From contig JBHGNT010000008.1 of NCBI GenBank assembly GCA_043228905.1, positions 6,634,001-6,698,000 of the forward strand: DNA of 64,000 bases, in the 5' to 3' direction. This DNA is from Azolla caroliniana. Lineage: Eukaryota > Plantae > Polypodiophyta. The position numbers were made by a program, and so were the translations under genes. Below are positions 41,581 to 54,378 of the stretch, piece by piece. The notes beneath the pieces were generated by a model, which was given only the letters and a program-made list of their open reading frames with translations, was not told the DNA's origin and ran no database searches. Numbering within the stretch: position 1 is the first letter of the stretch; each line of letters begins with the position of its first letter.

Positions 41581-41652
41581 ATTTCCTTGCACATCGAACC
41601 CCAAAGCAAAACTTCTAAAATAGAAATCGAAAAAATAAAAAAAATCGAAATG

Positions 41653-43620
41653 CTATATAGTTGAAAAAACTTCGCTATGGTAGCCCCATTCTTCTTCCAA
41701 AATTGTGAGGATATCCTCTGATTGTGGATACGTCAGTTCTTGAGGTGGGTCTTCATTTGTGTGCTCGTTGGCATGTAACTCGACCGATATATCGAGTTGT
41801 TGGTCTTGAGTCTCCTTCGTGGATTCTGGAACCATTGCCTCTGTATGTGGTTCGATGATCTGTGCATCCACTTTCTCTGTTTCTACTCTCAACTGTGGTT
41901 CCTCTTCTTAATTCAGTGCCTGTGCGGCTTCCTTGGTTACATGGCCTGTTGATGCATGTGCGACGGCTTATGCTTCCTTTTTAGCTAGGATGTGCTAGTG
42001 TTCCTAGGCTTCCACATCTAATCTCAACAACATCTAATTGTCGTTGAATTCCTCAAGAAGGTGTCTGATTTTCGTGGTGTGCATTTGTGCTAGGGCGCGG
42101 AATTCCTTGGTGAGGTCTTTGCGGAGGATTTGGATGTTGTTCTCATCCATCTTGTAGAAACCACGACCCTCTTTTGTCTTATTTTCGGCGTCTGCTCGGA
42201 AGACTTGTAACTCGGCTGCTTGAGCCGACCATTCATTCCAGCCTCGAGTGACTATCTCCTCGACTTTCTGATTTAGCCGTACTCGGTGCTTGGTCACTAG
42301 GGCTTTGATTCGTGCTTCACCCATTTCATATTTGGCTCGGACGGTGTTTAGTTCATCTTGACCTTTCGCTGCGTCCCGTTCGAGCTTGGTTTTGAGGATC
42401 ACACACGATGTTGTAACGTTGGCGAGTTGTGATTCTAGTGTATGCATGTCGTAGCGTCAGAGGAATTGTGGAGATTTGCAATTCGAGTTCTAGGGTCATG
42501 GAGATTTGCAACTGGTGAAGGGACTCTGACAATGCCGCTCGTTGCTTCTCAGTTTCATCTAACTAGTGAAGGAGCCGACTTGAGTGGATCTGGAGTTCCG
42601 AGAGTTCATTTTTAAAGATACGACTTCGTCGGATGTTTGGCAAGGTGCCCTTCGATGCTCTTGCTCTGCTTCCGCTAACTTTGTTGCTGCGAGGTCCTAC
42701 ACGGCCTTGAGAGTCGTGGCGGCATTTTTTTCTGTGGCCTGGAGCTGGGTCGTCTGTGCATCTAGCAGATGTTGGAATTCGGCCTTGCGCTTTGTGGCTT
42801 GTGCCGAGAGTTGGTCTGCTTTGGCTCTAGACTCTTTGTATCACTCCTTGGCCTTGTCGACAATTGCCGTTTGGACTGCGAGCTCCTCATCATAGTTGCG
42901 GGTTGGGACCTTGGTCGCGACTATGGCTAGTACAGAGTCGGTTGGCTTGTCAATTTGAGTGAACTCCTCCACAGGTTCGAGAGGGTGTGTTTCGTCTGTT
43001 TGTGTGTATACCTTGATAAGAGTGGAACCAGGGGGTGGTAACGCGAGAAGGTTGGGTCCGCTTGTTTCTTGGAGCTGTTGTTGAAGCTCAGTCAGGCGGC
43101 TTTCCGAGGCCTGCCATAACTCCGTGGTCGTTTTCGCCTGTTTGCGTGCCTGTTTGTTGCTGACATCCATATCTTTGGCCACGCGAGTGGTTTTTTTCCA
43201 GTTCACGATAGACTTCGACCAACGCCGTGTTGAGCTCAGGTAGCTCGATCCGTGCTCGACATGTTTTGGTAACTCGCTTGCGTCCGACTTTTTGTAGCTT
43301 TGGCTCCTCATTTGATTCGAGCTCGTTGGCTAATGCCCGCTCGACCATCTGTTGTCCGGCATGATCTTGAGCCATGCGGGCTGTGGCAGCAACCTTGAGG
43401 CGAGCTAGGAAGTCGATGAGCTCGTATGTTGTGCCGTATTTTAAGATTGCGCCAAGCTCGTAAGACTTAACAGCAGGTCTGTGAAGGTCAGTACTTCCTC
43501 CTCTAAGAAACAGGAAGGTTGCCCTTGCTCTATGTGTCCTGTTAAGGCTAAAGCCTTGTTGGTAACCACTGCCACTGTCTTTTCGGGTGTGATGACTAGT
43601 TGCCGGTCCTCGACCACCAT
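41653..43620 (-). pseudogene. Extra 3' ORF of the Gypsy element, coiled-coil-like, disrupted
   Basis: E/K/Q/L-rich helical ORF fragments at 42841-43311, 42034-42447 and 41653-41892, lying between pol and the 3' LTR. Confidence 0.55.
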
Positions 43621-46600
43621 AACCCACTTTGCCAAATTTTTCGAGCCGTGGTGTCTTTGACATAGTGCCTGCCGGCGATTCCATAATGTGTTTTTCGTAG
43701 GATTGCATCCTTTTGGAACTATCACACCGTTGTCCGAGCCCTTGTAGTAGAGTGTTTCCGCGAACAGGCAAAAATTCTGGCAACGGACTGCCAACCATTT
43801 CTTGGCATCTAAGTCAAATGGTCGGGTGGAAGTCCGGTGTTTAGGAAGTGCATCATGTCATGTATCCATTCGTCCTTGCTTTTGGTATGTGTTGTGGCCG
43901 CATCAATACTGAAGAGATAGCCGTCGGGCTTGAATCATCATATACTGTTTCCGTTGGTTCCCCCGATTCGAGTCGACTTAGGTAGTTCGCCACCACATGT
44001 TGCACGCCTACCCAATGGTGTATGTCGAATTCGAATTCTTGGAGTAGTAACATCCACCGTGTCAATCGGCTAGTTAGTGCCTACTTGTTGACGAGGTATA
44101 GTAACGCCAAGTGATCCACATTGAATGTAAATTTTCGGCCTGAGTAGATAGTGTCGAAATTTTGTTGTATTGTATACCATGCCGAGTGCCTCATGTTTCA
44201 TTGTCGAATAATTCTTCTCGGCTATCGAGAGACGTTGGCTAGCATAATATACTGGTTGATACCAGTTTGGAGGCGTCTTTTGCATGAGGGCACTCCCGAT
44301 GGCCACGTTCGACACGTCAACAAAAACGTGGAAGGGTTGTGATCAGTTGGGAGGTTGCATCACCGGTGCATGTGATAGCATTACCTTAAGGGATTAGTAA
44401 GCGTCTTCTGCCATTGCTGACCATCGAAATAGAACCGATGGACCGCTACGTGCAAGGGTGTCACGAATTTGGCCAGGTAACGCAACATTTGATTGTGCCA
44501 TCTAATTTGGCCCAGAAACCGATTGAGGGCTTTTGCTATGGTCGGGGCTGGAGCATTCAAGATGGCCTACACTCGTCACGTAAAATGCACACTTGGCAGG
44601 GTTTAAGCTCAGCCGAACTTGCCGGCATCGCTCAAGACAAAAGCGTAAGTAACCGAGGTGCTCAATCTGCTAGCCGTACATGACAAAATCATCGAGAAAG
44701 ACTTGCATAAAGGCCGCAATGTAATCTTCGAAAATTTCGGCGATAAATCTTTGGATGGTAGCCGACCCCATCTTTAATCCGAACATCATGACGACTACCA
44801 CGAAAATGCCCCATTTTGTTACGAATGCTGTCTTTTCTCGGTCGTCGTGGTGCACGTGGAGTTGATTATACCCGTTGAAACCATCTAAAAAACTATAATA
44901 TTCATGGTCGGCCATCGCGTCAAGCACTCCATCTGTGAACGGAAGAGGAAAGGCATTTGTGACGGTTGCTGCATTCAGCTTGCAAAGGTCAACACAGACC
45001 CGTATTTGACCATTTTTCTTCGGGATGACGACAATAGGGCTTAACCATTTTGCCTGTTTAACTGGCCGAATGAACCCTACTTGAAGGAGTTTGTCGATTT
45101 CGTCCTTTACTTTGGCCGCGTAATTGGGATTCATGCGGTAGCGGTGTTGCTGTACTAGTCGTGCATCATGCTGAAGATGAATCTGGTGTTGATAGTATTG
45201 GGGATATAACCCCTTCATGTCGTTGTATGACCAAGCAAACATATCTTGGCATTTTGTGAGTAGTCCAACCAAGGTTGAACGTTTGTCACAAGATAGTTCC
45301 TTTGTGTTTTTTAGGGTATGTGGCTCAATGGAGGAGCCAAGATTGATATCCTCTAGTTTGGATGCCCTCACTCATTGAGAAATCACCAATTCACGGTCAG
45401 GTGCATCGTGAGCATGCCGTAATTCATCAATGAACGTTGGATCAGGTTCTTGATGAACCTCGTTCTCTTCAGTGGCTGGCTCCGATACGTACGGTCTAAC
45501 AACCGTGAGGACATTGATTTCAAACAAAGGGACAATCGTCGAATGTTCCTCCAGGAAGTGGTCAACTTCTTCATGGGCAAGTCCGGCGAGCATGTGGACT
45601 CGTTCGGCATATAACAGAGTGGTGTCTTGAGGTGTAGCGATCCATTCCTTTGTGATGACACAAACCTTGGTTTTATTGCGTCGGAACGAGATCATATTCC
45701 TCTGCCAGTGGTCCTTAATCTTAGTCGTGTGCCACCACGGACGATCGAGCAGTATTGGGTACGCACTGAGAGAATCGAGGCGTAACATCACCGTTGAGAT
45801 TGTGAAGGTGTGGCCTCCAAGGATAAAATCGAGGTGTGGAATTAACCCCATTGGTCGAACCGAGCGGGTATCCGCCATTCGAAGCCAGAATGGACATGGC
45901 TCCCATCGGGTGATGCTGAGGTCATGACATGTGGCCTCACTGATAACTTTGACACTGGAGCCACCATCGACAATGCAGATGTGAACATCTCGCCCTTTGA
46001 TCATGAGCTTAACCGCGGGGTTCTGGGAGTTCATTAATGGTGGACCTACGCCCGGCTTGGCAAGGTGTATTAGCAGGGTGGTTGGCTCTTTGCCGGTTGT
46101 TAGGGATACCACTATGTCCTTCAATCGTGGAAGTAATTGTAGAATCTTATGCAAGGGCATGGAGCTTTGGCAGCTTGTGAGGGCTTGCCAAACAGGGTCA
46201 TCGTCTGTCGACCCGGTAGGTTGAGAGGAGGCTGATGGACAAATAGTGATATCTTTCATCTCGGTATGCATTTTATTGGTGTTTGCGTGATTTTCTGTCT
46301 CTATCCATTGCTTGGCAGCTTGCCCGACTTTGTCCTGTATTTCCCATTGTGTTTTCTGGGCGTTACTTTGGGTGGTGACTTGTTGGACGTCAGCCATAAT
46401 GATATTTATTAGAGGTGCTTTTCTGCGATCATTTGTTGGGCACTGGGTGGCATAATGCCCCGGTTGGTTACAATTAAAGCACGTCACCGGTGCCGAGTTG
46501 TTGGATTCCCCGTGCTCGAACTGAGATGTTTGATGTTGTCAGCGGTGTTCTTTTCAAGCCAACGAGGCGTAGGGTTGTGCGCGGGGAGTGTTTTCTAGAG

Positions 46601-47957
46601 ACTCGGAGTGTGCGGGGGATTGTCAAATATTGGGGCATGGAGGGTCATGACTTTGATATCTTGGTTCATAGTAATCCTCCAGGTTGTAATCATATCGATA
46701 ATAGTCGTTGTCTGGATGATAACGTTCGTTGCGATATCGGTGGCAGTTGTCCTCGGGTCGAGGTCGATTATCTGACCGATAACGCAGCTCCTTAGGTTGG
46801 TACTGGTTATCCTGGCGAAAGCGATCTGGCTTGGGTCGATAACCTTCTTCACGGTGATGCCGATCGTTGTACCGCGACCGTTCGGCGTCCCTATTCCGAG
46901 GTGGAGGACGATCATCTTGTTGAGGGCGATCGTGGTGTGGTTCAATCTATCGTACAGGAGCAAAGGCTCTACGATTAACCATATTGTATTCACATCGCTC
47001 GATCGTATGTACCTGAGAATGGTAGATCGGGCAGTGTGCACCAAGGGCAATCCACGACCAAGTGGCCAGAGTTCGAGCACGTTGTGCATTGAAGAGCCTG
47101 CCTAAACTGGGTTTCTTCTTGTGTTGGCAAGGTGTTTTGGAGAGAGCCCATCGAGAAAGAATTGCTATGGTGTGCTCTGTCCAAAGGTAAGACGCGAGCG
47201 ACCACCTGCTTGATGGTTTGCTGTGAAAATCGGTCAAGGCGAGCATTGTTCGTAGAGGCTCCCGGAGTCCGGCAAGGAATGTTTCTTTTAAATGATTGGT
47301 CGACACATCCCGCGTGAGTTGCCGACAGAGATCCTGAAATCGGAGCGTGAACTAAGAAACCGTTTCGTTCGGTTCCTGTGCAATAGTGTAGAATTGGCGG
47401 AGCAATTCTCGCTTGGGTATCTCACGGTGAAAAAGTCCAAGGAAGTGGGTGTAGACATCCTAGAATGTCGTGAACTCCCTCGGATCGTTGTGGGAATACC
47501 ACCGTGTAGCGGGTCCATCGAGGGCTAGTGTGAACTCCGAGATCTTGGATGCATCGATCTCTAGAGTGGTGAGACGCTGCATTGAATGGTTGGCTTGCCA
47601 AGTGGACAGAAAAGAGCGGATGTGGGATTCCGCATCGGGACAATCTATATAATGGGGATATGGTTATGACATGGTGTCGAAGTCCAGGTCTTTTGGTAAC
47701 ACCGGAAAGGGATTGTATTCAGCTTCGTTAACTTCGGGGGGGCTCGAGGGTGCAACGGGAACAGAGCCTATGTGCGACTGGGTGTCTAGTGCCGTTAATG
47801 GCGAGTGGTGTGACTCCGGTGGCTCCGGCAATGATTGCTTTGTGAGCGCGGAGTCGGAAGTTTCCTCGGTTGGCTCGACACTGCGGGATGGTAGTTGAGA
47901 ACGCGTGGTGCGGTTGGGGGTTTCTTCCTACGTTGTTCCTTGTGTTGCACAACGTGA

Positions 47958-47970
47958 ACCAGGCCTGCCA
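47958..47970 (-). promoter_or_regulatory. Primer-binding site upstream of gag (tRNA-Arg-like)
   Basis: The minus strand reads LTR end ATAACA, spacer CAATT, then TGGCAGGCCTGGT, a 12/13 match to TGGCACGCCTGGT. Confidence 0.6.
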
Positions 47971-50900
47971 AATTGTGTTATGTCTTGTTTGGAGATACAC
48001 CTCCGATTACTTCCTTGGTAATCGGGTCAAGGAATCGTGGTTACGTACAACGGAAAAATAGGGCCGAACATACCGATCGACTATGAAAATGGCCGGCCAC
48101 AACCGGTCTTATGATTTATACTTATAACTCGGACAAAAAACCCAATAGTAAAGATGAATGTTTAATGACACGAAAAGATAGGCCCACAATTGTGTATTAT
48201 AAGATTACTGCATAAACGATTACACGGCTTAGGGCCGAAATTTCTATTCACTCTAACAGGAAAAAAGTAGACATACATATATAATTCTCTTTGCCTAGTA
48301 TAATAGGAGTATCTCCCTCTCTTAAAGGTATACAAACATCTCTCTTTGCCCACACTCCGTTCCTACTACTACTACTTGGATTTTTATAGTTTCTGGTTCT
48401 TCTTAGCGCGCTTCAACCACCTCTCTGATTTTCTGGTCTTTATTCTCAGTTGTGCGTAATTCATTCGGTACTTCCTTCATGCTCGATGGATTCTCCTTTT
48501 CACCTACCTTTACCTACTCGTTTCTTTTAGATTTGTTCCACACTTCATAACCTTTGTCCCACAGATAACAAGGCTTCAAGACTTGCAATTGAAACAGGTT
48601 GTCTTCGGATTGACGAAATTTAGTGGTTGAAAGGCTCAAATTTGCGAAGCGTGCCAACTCGGGAAGCAACACCGGCTTCCGTTCCTCACCGAAATAAACC
48701 GAACCCGTAACAAGCTCGACTTGATACATTCAAATGTATGGGGACCGGCATAGAACGTTAGTCTTGGCGGGTGTCGATATTTCGTCTCCTTCATCGACGA
48801 CTACAACCGGCACACATGGATCTACCTGATCAAAAGGAAAAGCGAATTTTTCGACTATTTCCAGAACATGCAAAGTCTTGTGGAACGGCAAACGGAGTGG
48901 AAAATCAAGTGCCTGTAGTCAGATGGCAGAAAAGAATATTTTTCTAGCCTATTCAACAGTTATCTACAACAGAAAGGAATTCAGAGGGAATTCAGTTGTA
49001 GATACACATCAGAACAAAACGGTGTGGCCGAAAGGAAGAATTGGTCAATTGTGGAGGCAACACGGGCAATGCTGGAAGAGAAGAGCATACCCAAGTTCTA
49101 CTAGGCCGAAGTGGTCCAAATGGCTGTCTACATCCAAAACCAGATCGGGGACAAGGTGCCAACACATGAACTGTATTTCGGGCGGAAGCTGAACTTAAGA
49201 CACCTCAAGGTATTCGGTAGCATTGTTTATGTGCATGTGCCGGATGAGAAGCGGAGAAAGTTGGACCCGAAGTCGCAGAAGTGTATCAGTGTTGGCTACT
49301 CACATGAACAAAAGGGTTATAAGTGCTATATCCCCTGAACAAAACAAGTTCGAGTGAGCTGAGATGCCGAATTTGATGAGTCGGCATCATGGTACTTTCG
49401 AAAGACTCTGACCCCCAATTCTGACCAGATTCTGGAAGATGAGGCTAGTGAGCCTCAATTGATACAGGCAGAAGATGAAGAAGGATTTGGTACTCTAGAC
49501 GAGAGTCCGATCTCATTCCGGCTAAGTGGGCCGAATGAGCGATTGAGTTGGAACAACCAGTCAGATGAAGAGTCGACGAGTAGTGGAGACTCGGCTGTGC
49601 TCTCCCTGTGTAAGGAACCAAGGAAACTGTTCACACGCAAAGAGAAGGGGATGAAGAAGATGCTGGAGTATGACATCGACAGAGAAGAGTCAGATTGGAG
49701 CAAGAACAACTCCGGAAAGAACAAAGACGGACCTTCGGGAACAAAGTCCAAGCCGACCAAGAGGGCCTTGAAATCGGCAAATGAGAAGTTGTGCCAATCC
49801 ACCCGCCAGAAGAACCCCGTAAAACGGTATGGGTACAATGAGTACATGGTGCATCACTATGCGTACATGACAAAAGTGGCAGAAGTGCGTGAGCCGGAGA
49901 GCTATGCAGAAGAGAAAAGGATGCATAATGGCGTGCCGCTATGGAGAAAGAGATTTGGGCACTTGATGCCAACGACACATGGGAATTGGTTGACCTTCCC
50001 CGACACTGTAAACCGATTGGCTGGAAGTGGGTTTTCCAGGTGAAGTACAATGCCGACAGTTCGGTCAACCGGTACAAGGCCCGGTTAGTGGCCAAAGGGT
50101 ATGCGCAAACCCACAGAATCTATTATGACGAGACCTTCACTCCGGTAGCGAAGATGACAACGATTCGTGTGGTGCTGGCAGTTGCTGCGACAAGGGGGTG
50201 CCATCTTCACCAAATGGACGTGAAGAATGCGTTTCTTCAAGGTGACCTTGAAGAACAGGTCTGCATGATCCAACCCCCCGGTTTTCAATCGGCAATGTGC
50301 CAACTCAAAAAGTCCCTTCACGGCCTAAAGCCAGCTCCCCGTGCTTGGAATTCGAAGATCATGCACCAGTTGTGTAAGATGGGGTTTGCGGCCTCGAAGT
50401 CAGACTCTTCACTATTTATCCAGAAAGGTCTGGTATGTATCCTGCTATATGTAGGTGATCTAGTCATCACCGGACTTGCTGAAATCAGCCGAGTGAAGTC
50501 CCAATTGTTGGATGCATTCAAAATGAAGAACCTGGGTGACTTTCATTATTTCCTCAGGATCGAAGTGATCCATACCCCCTACGACATATTGCTTTCACAA
50601 CGACACTATGTGTTGAATATGTTCTATAAGTTTGGTATGACGGATTGCCGACGAGTCTCCACACCCTTGGATCGGAACCTCAAGCTTCATCCCGACTCCG
50701 GACCGGCCTGCAATGAGAGACAGTTCCGACAGATTGTCGGAAGCCTTATATAATTAACAATCACCTGACCCAACATCAGCTATTCGGTCGGGATGATAAG
50801 TCAATTCATGTAGAAGCCAACAGTGGAGCACCTTCAGTGTGCACACCGAATACGGAGGTATGTTAGCGGCACTAAGGACCGGGGACTGTTATAACAACCG

Positions 50901-53226
50901 GTATACTCGAAAAGCTAGTCGGATATACATATGCCGATTGGGACGATGATGCGTTGGATCATCGGTCTACATCTCTGGTTACATGTTCTCTCTAGGTAGC
51001 GCGACTATTGCGTGGAGTAGCAAAAAGCAGCCGACTATGGCTCTATCGAGCACTGAGGTTGAGTATCGAGGTGCTACCGTTGCCACCTGTGAAGCCATAT
51101 GACTTCGACAGCTGCTGCAAGACCTCCGGATCGAAGTACCGACTCCGATCCCAAACCACTGTAACAACAAGTGCATTATCACTGCGATAACATGCAACTA
51201 GCCAAGAACCTTGTGTTCCATGCTCGGACAAAGCACATACAAGTGCATTATCACTTTGTGCGGGAGCGGGTCCTCAACGATGAAGTCGAACTTTGATATG
51301 TCCAGATGGATCGGCAGGTTGCCAACATCTTCACCAAGGCACTCGGAACCTACAAGTTGCAACATTTTTCGGAGATGCTTGGTCTTCAGCATCTCGACAT
51401 GCCGCCCTTGAGGGGGAGAAAGGAGGAAACTAGGAAAATAGGCAAACGCACTGGACAAGCAGCTAGAGAGAAGGAAATGACTGAGGCAGGGGGAGACAAG
51501 AAGAAAAAGGAAGTTGAGTCCACTAAAGAAGTCAGCACATCCGATAAAGTCAGAACAAGCGGCAACGACGGTAGAGTCAAGAAGGACAGAGCCGACCGGA
51601 GGAAGAAGGCCAAGACCTAGACGTGGTCTGACGTGGTGAAGGGCCTGAAGGTTGAAGAAGAATTGTAGACAACCAATTCGGACAAGAGTTAGAACGAATC
51701 GGAGGCAGCCGATTCGGAGTAGTGGAATCAAGAGAAGGCCAAACAGACGAGGAGGCGGCTGAAGTCAACACCGACACGGAGGAACTGATAGGTCAAGAAG
51801 CGCCAAAGTCGCAACAACAACGGAGCTGAGATGGGCCTGTTGAGTAGACATGCCGACCGAGAAGGTCAAGAGGCGCAGAGCCGGAGGGGTCGTGGGAAGC
51901 GGAACCGGACGGGTCGAGGAGCGCGAGCAAGGCGAGAAGATGCCAGAAGAAGCCGACTACAAATCTCGACAAACACTAACACAACAATCCGACTTGAAGT
52001 TGAGCTTGAGGTTGAGTGTTGAGCAGACAAGCTCAACTGGATCCGGATCAGCTGAATAAGCCAGAGCCGGATCGGTATCGAAAACGGAGAACCGTATAGG
52101 TATCTGGAACCATGAGTCGGATCGGAGAGACCGATTGGATTGTAACTGGTAGACCGTTAGAGGCCCACGGTCCTAGCCTAGTACGTAGGCATATTTCTTG
52201 GAGTTAGTGTCAGTCGCTCGTATGAGCATTGAAGTACATGTCAGTCCTTTTAAGGACTTGTATTTTGAATTTAACCTTATGTTGTTGTGCTCTCTCTGTC
52301 TCTCCCGCTCCGATTCAAGCTTCCATTAAACCTATGTGTATTTTTTGTTGCGATCTGGGTAAACCGGTTTGTCAAACCTTGTTCTTGTTGAGAATAAAAT
52401 TCCTTTTTTAATTTAATATTGTGTTGAATAGGATGCTTTTGTGATAGGTTTTAGGTTCAAATCCTCCAAAATCTATGGCATTTTGGATTATCATGGCAAT
52501 CACATTGTTCATCTCCCACCTCTAATTCTATTAGATATTCGCCAACGGTTGAAGTAATTTTGGAATCCAAGTTTGTGCACAACAATTTATATTATGCAAT
52601 GGATTGGTTAAGTTACACGCTTGGTAATTGAGCTTGGGAGTTGATTGAAAATGTTATGTATGCCTCGACTGTTATTGAAGTGTTGATGCCCCAACCCTTA
52701 TTGAAGAGTTTCATTAATGATATCTTGATAACCCAAGTCCTACTTTGTACATTGTGCTCAAGCTTGGGAATTGATCGAAAATCTTGCTAATGTTGCAACT
52801 CTTATTAAAGAATTTCATCATTGTTATTTTGATAACCCAAGTCCTAGTTTGAAGATTACAGTTCATGGAACTCGATGCAAGAGTGTGGTATTGGTGCAAT
52901 CAACACTCAAAAGATCAAAGATCTTGGGGGGCGCTTGAACCCATGAAAGTCCTAGTTCAACTAAATTTAAAATATACACATATGCACATTAAAATTCAAC
53001 CATTACATTATTGCATTAAACATACTTCTTATTTATAGTTCAACATTAATCTTCAACATAACCTTGTAACTCTTGATATTGGTGTCTATAATAAAATTCT
53101 AGTTTGTCCTTATTTTCCTTTCTCAATTTTGTTAAGCTCTTGATATTTGAACTAAAGGTTTTCTTGTTCGTCTCTTCTTCTTCTTATTAGAGAACCATAT
53201 TGAGCTTTTCTCACAACTATGGAGCC

Positions 53227-53546
53227 TGTTGAGAGATCAAGCTCAACTTAGTTTAGTTAGTTAGTCAACAATGTAACTTTGTAGTTACCTAGATAGAATC
53301 TAGTTAGAAGTGTTGACCATAACGCCTTAAATAGGACCTTGTACTTGAGTGGGATATTCTAGATCCTCCACTCCTAAGTACATTTAATATAGGAATTACA
53401 CATTAGTACCTATATTCTACTCACACATGTGCACCTTTGCACATGAGATGTATATATACCTTATTGTGGGTATTTTTATATTGGATGATGATGTTGATGC
53501 TAATTTAATATATAGTTACTCATCCCCCATCTTGTATTGTTCATAA

Positions 53547-53603
<57 letters not shown>

Positions 53604-53702
53604 TCACACACATACACACACATATCACATACTCTTCCGCACTTAACTTTATCACATAATTAGGTACTAATTAACTCCTAATTACTTACCTAATTCTTAA
53701 CA
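53227..53702 (+). mobile_element. Solo LTR containing a (CT)n tract
   Basis: TGTTGAGAGATCAAGCTCAAC...CTTCCGC...CTTAACA. Flanked by GCC (AGCCT if the terminal bases are included). Related to 634-864 and 6469-6927. Confidence 0.75.
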
Positions 53703-54020
53703 GCCTATCAATTAGCTACAAGAATACACTTGTTGCCAACAAGATAGAATGATAAAAGAAGAGAGAAATAAGAGAAGAAAGTGAATTATATTAAAAAGAA
53801 GAACATGATTACAAGAATACACCGAAGACCAAAGTCAAATCGGAATGATTCATCAATGACTAAAGAGCTTGCTTACATAGCATGGGTGGACCCATGTATG
53901 CTTGCCACCTTACATCCATTCATGATTGTCAATTGGCATTTATTGAAGCATGCAAGTTGGTGATCATGAATTAGCTTATGTGAGGTGGCAACTATTTCAT
54001 AATATTACGAATATAATATA

Positions 54021-54190
54021 GGGAAAAGTACCAAGATACCCTTGGAAGTTCGTCTATTTACCAGAATGCCCCTGGAAGTTCCAAATTTACCAAACTACCC
54101 CTATGTCCAAAAAATTACACTTTATAAAGTAATTATACACTCAAATGTACAAGCTCTATTTATCAAAATACCCTTCAAACACAAATTTCT
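54021..54190. mobile_element. Possible MULE/MITE terminal-repeat remnant
   Basis: GGGAAAAGTACCAAGATACCC followed by repeated TTTACCA.AAT.CCCCT motifs. A similar short motif lies in a TBCC intron at ~30081-30135. No partner TIR was found. Confidence 0.4.
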
Positions 54191-54378
54191 TGACTTAAGC
54201 GATTCAAGCTATATATATATAGGAATGGGCTATTTGCCCCCCCCCCCCCAAAAAAAAAAGAAAAAAAAAACTTTTTGGCCCCCTAAAAAAGAGAAAAACT
54301 TTTTGCCCCCTTATATATATATATATACTCTGCTCCCCCATCCCTGCTTTTTAATCTTCGCTTTTCCCCCCTTGCTCT

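Larger units (their letters stand above)
40962..48570 (-). mobile_element. Ty3/Gypsy retrotransposon (non-chromovirus, Athila/Tat-like RT) nested in the Copia, TSD AGGCT
   Basis: Direct LTRs 40962-41561 and 47976-48570 (TGTTAT...ATAACA), with AGGCT at 40957-40961 and 48571-48575. On the minus strand: gag (FLAGLREPL, CCHC CFNCNQPGHYATQC), protease IVDGGSSV, RT (FAWSY, FLDGFNGYNQ, VFLDDF), RNase H (RWMLLLQEF), a truncated integrase, then a disrupted extra ORF. Confidence 0.93.
39250..52376 (+). mobile_element. Degenerate Ty1/Copia retrotransposon hosting two nested insertions
   Basis: 5' LTR 39250-~40162 and 3' LTR 52017-~52376 (3'-truncated) are homologous; PBS-like TGGTATTAGA at 40164. Protease WYIDSGASNHMT (~40525), integrase CEACQLGK/FIDDY (~48640-49340), RT RYKARLVAKGY/QMDVKNAFLQG (49941-50753) and RNase H (WSSKKQ, HARTKHI, ANIFTKAL). 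Many stops and frameshifts, and most of gag is deleted. Confidence 0.93.
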
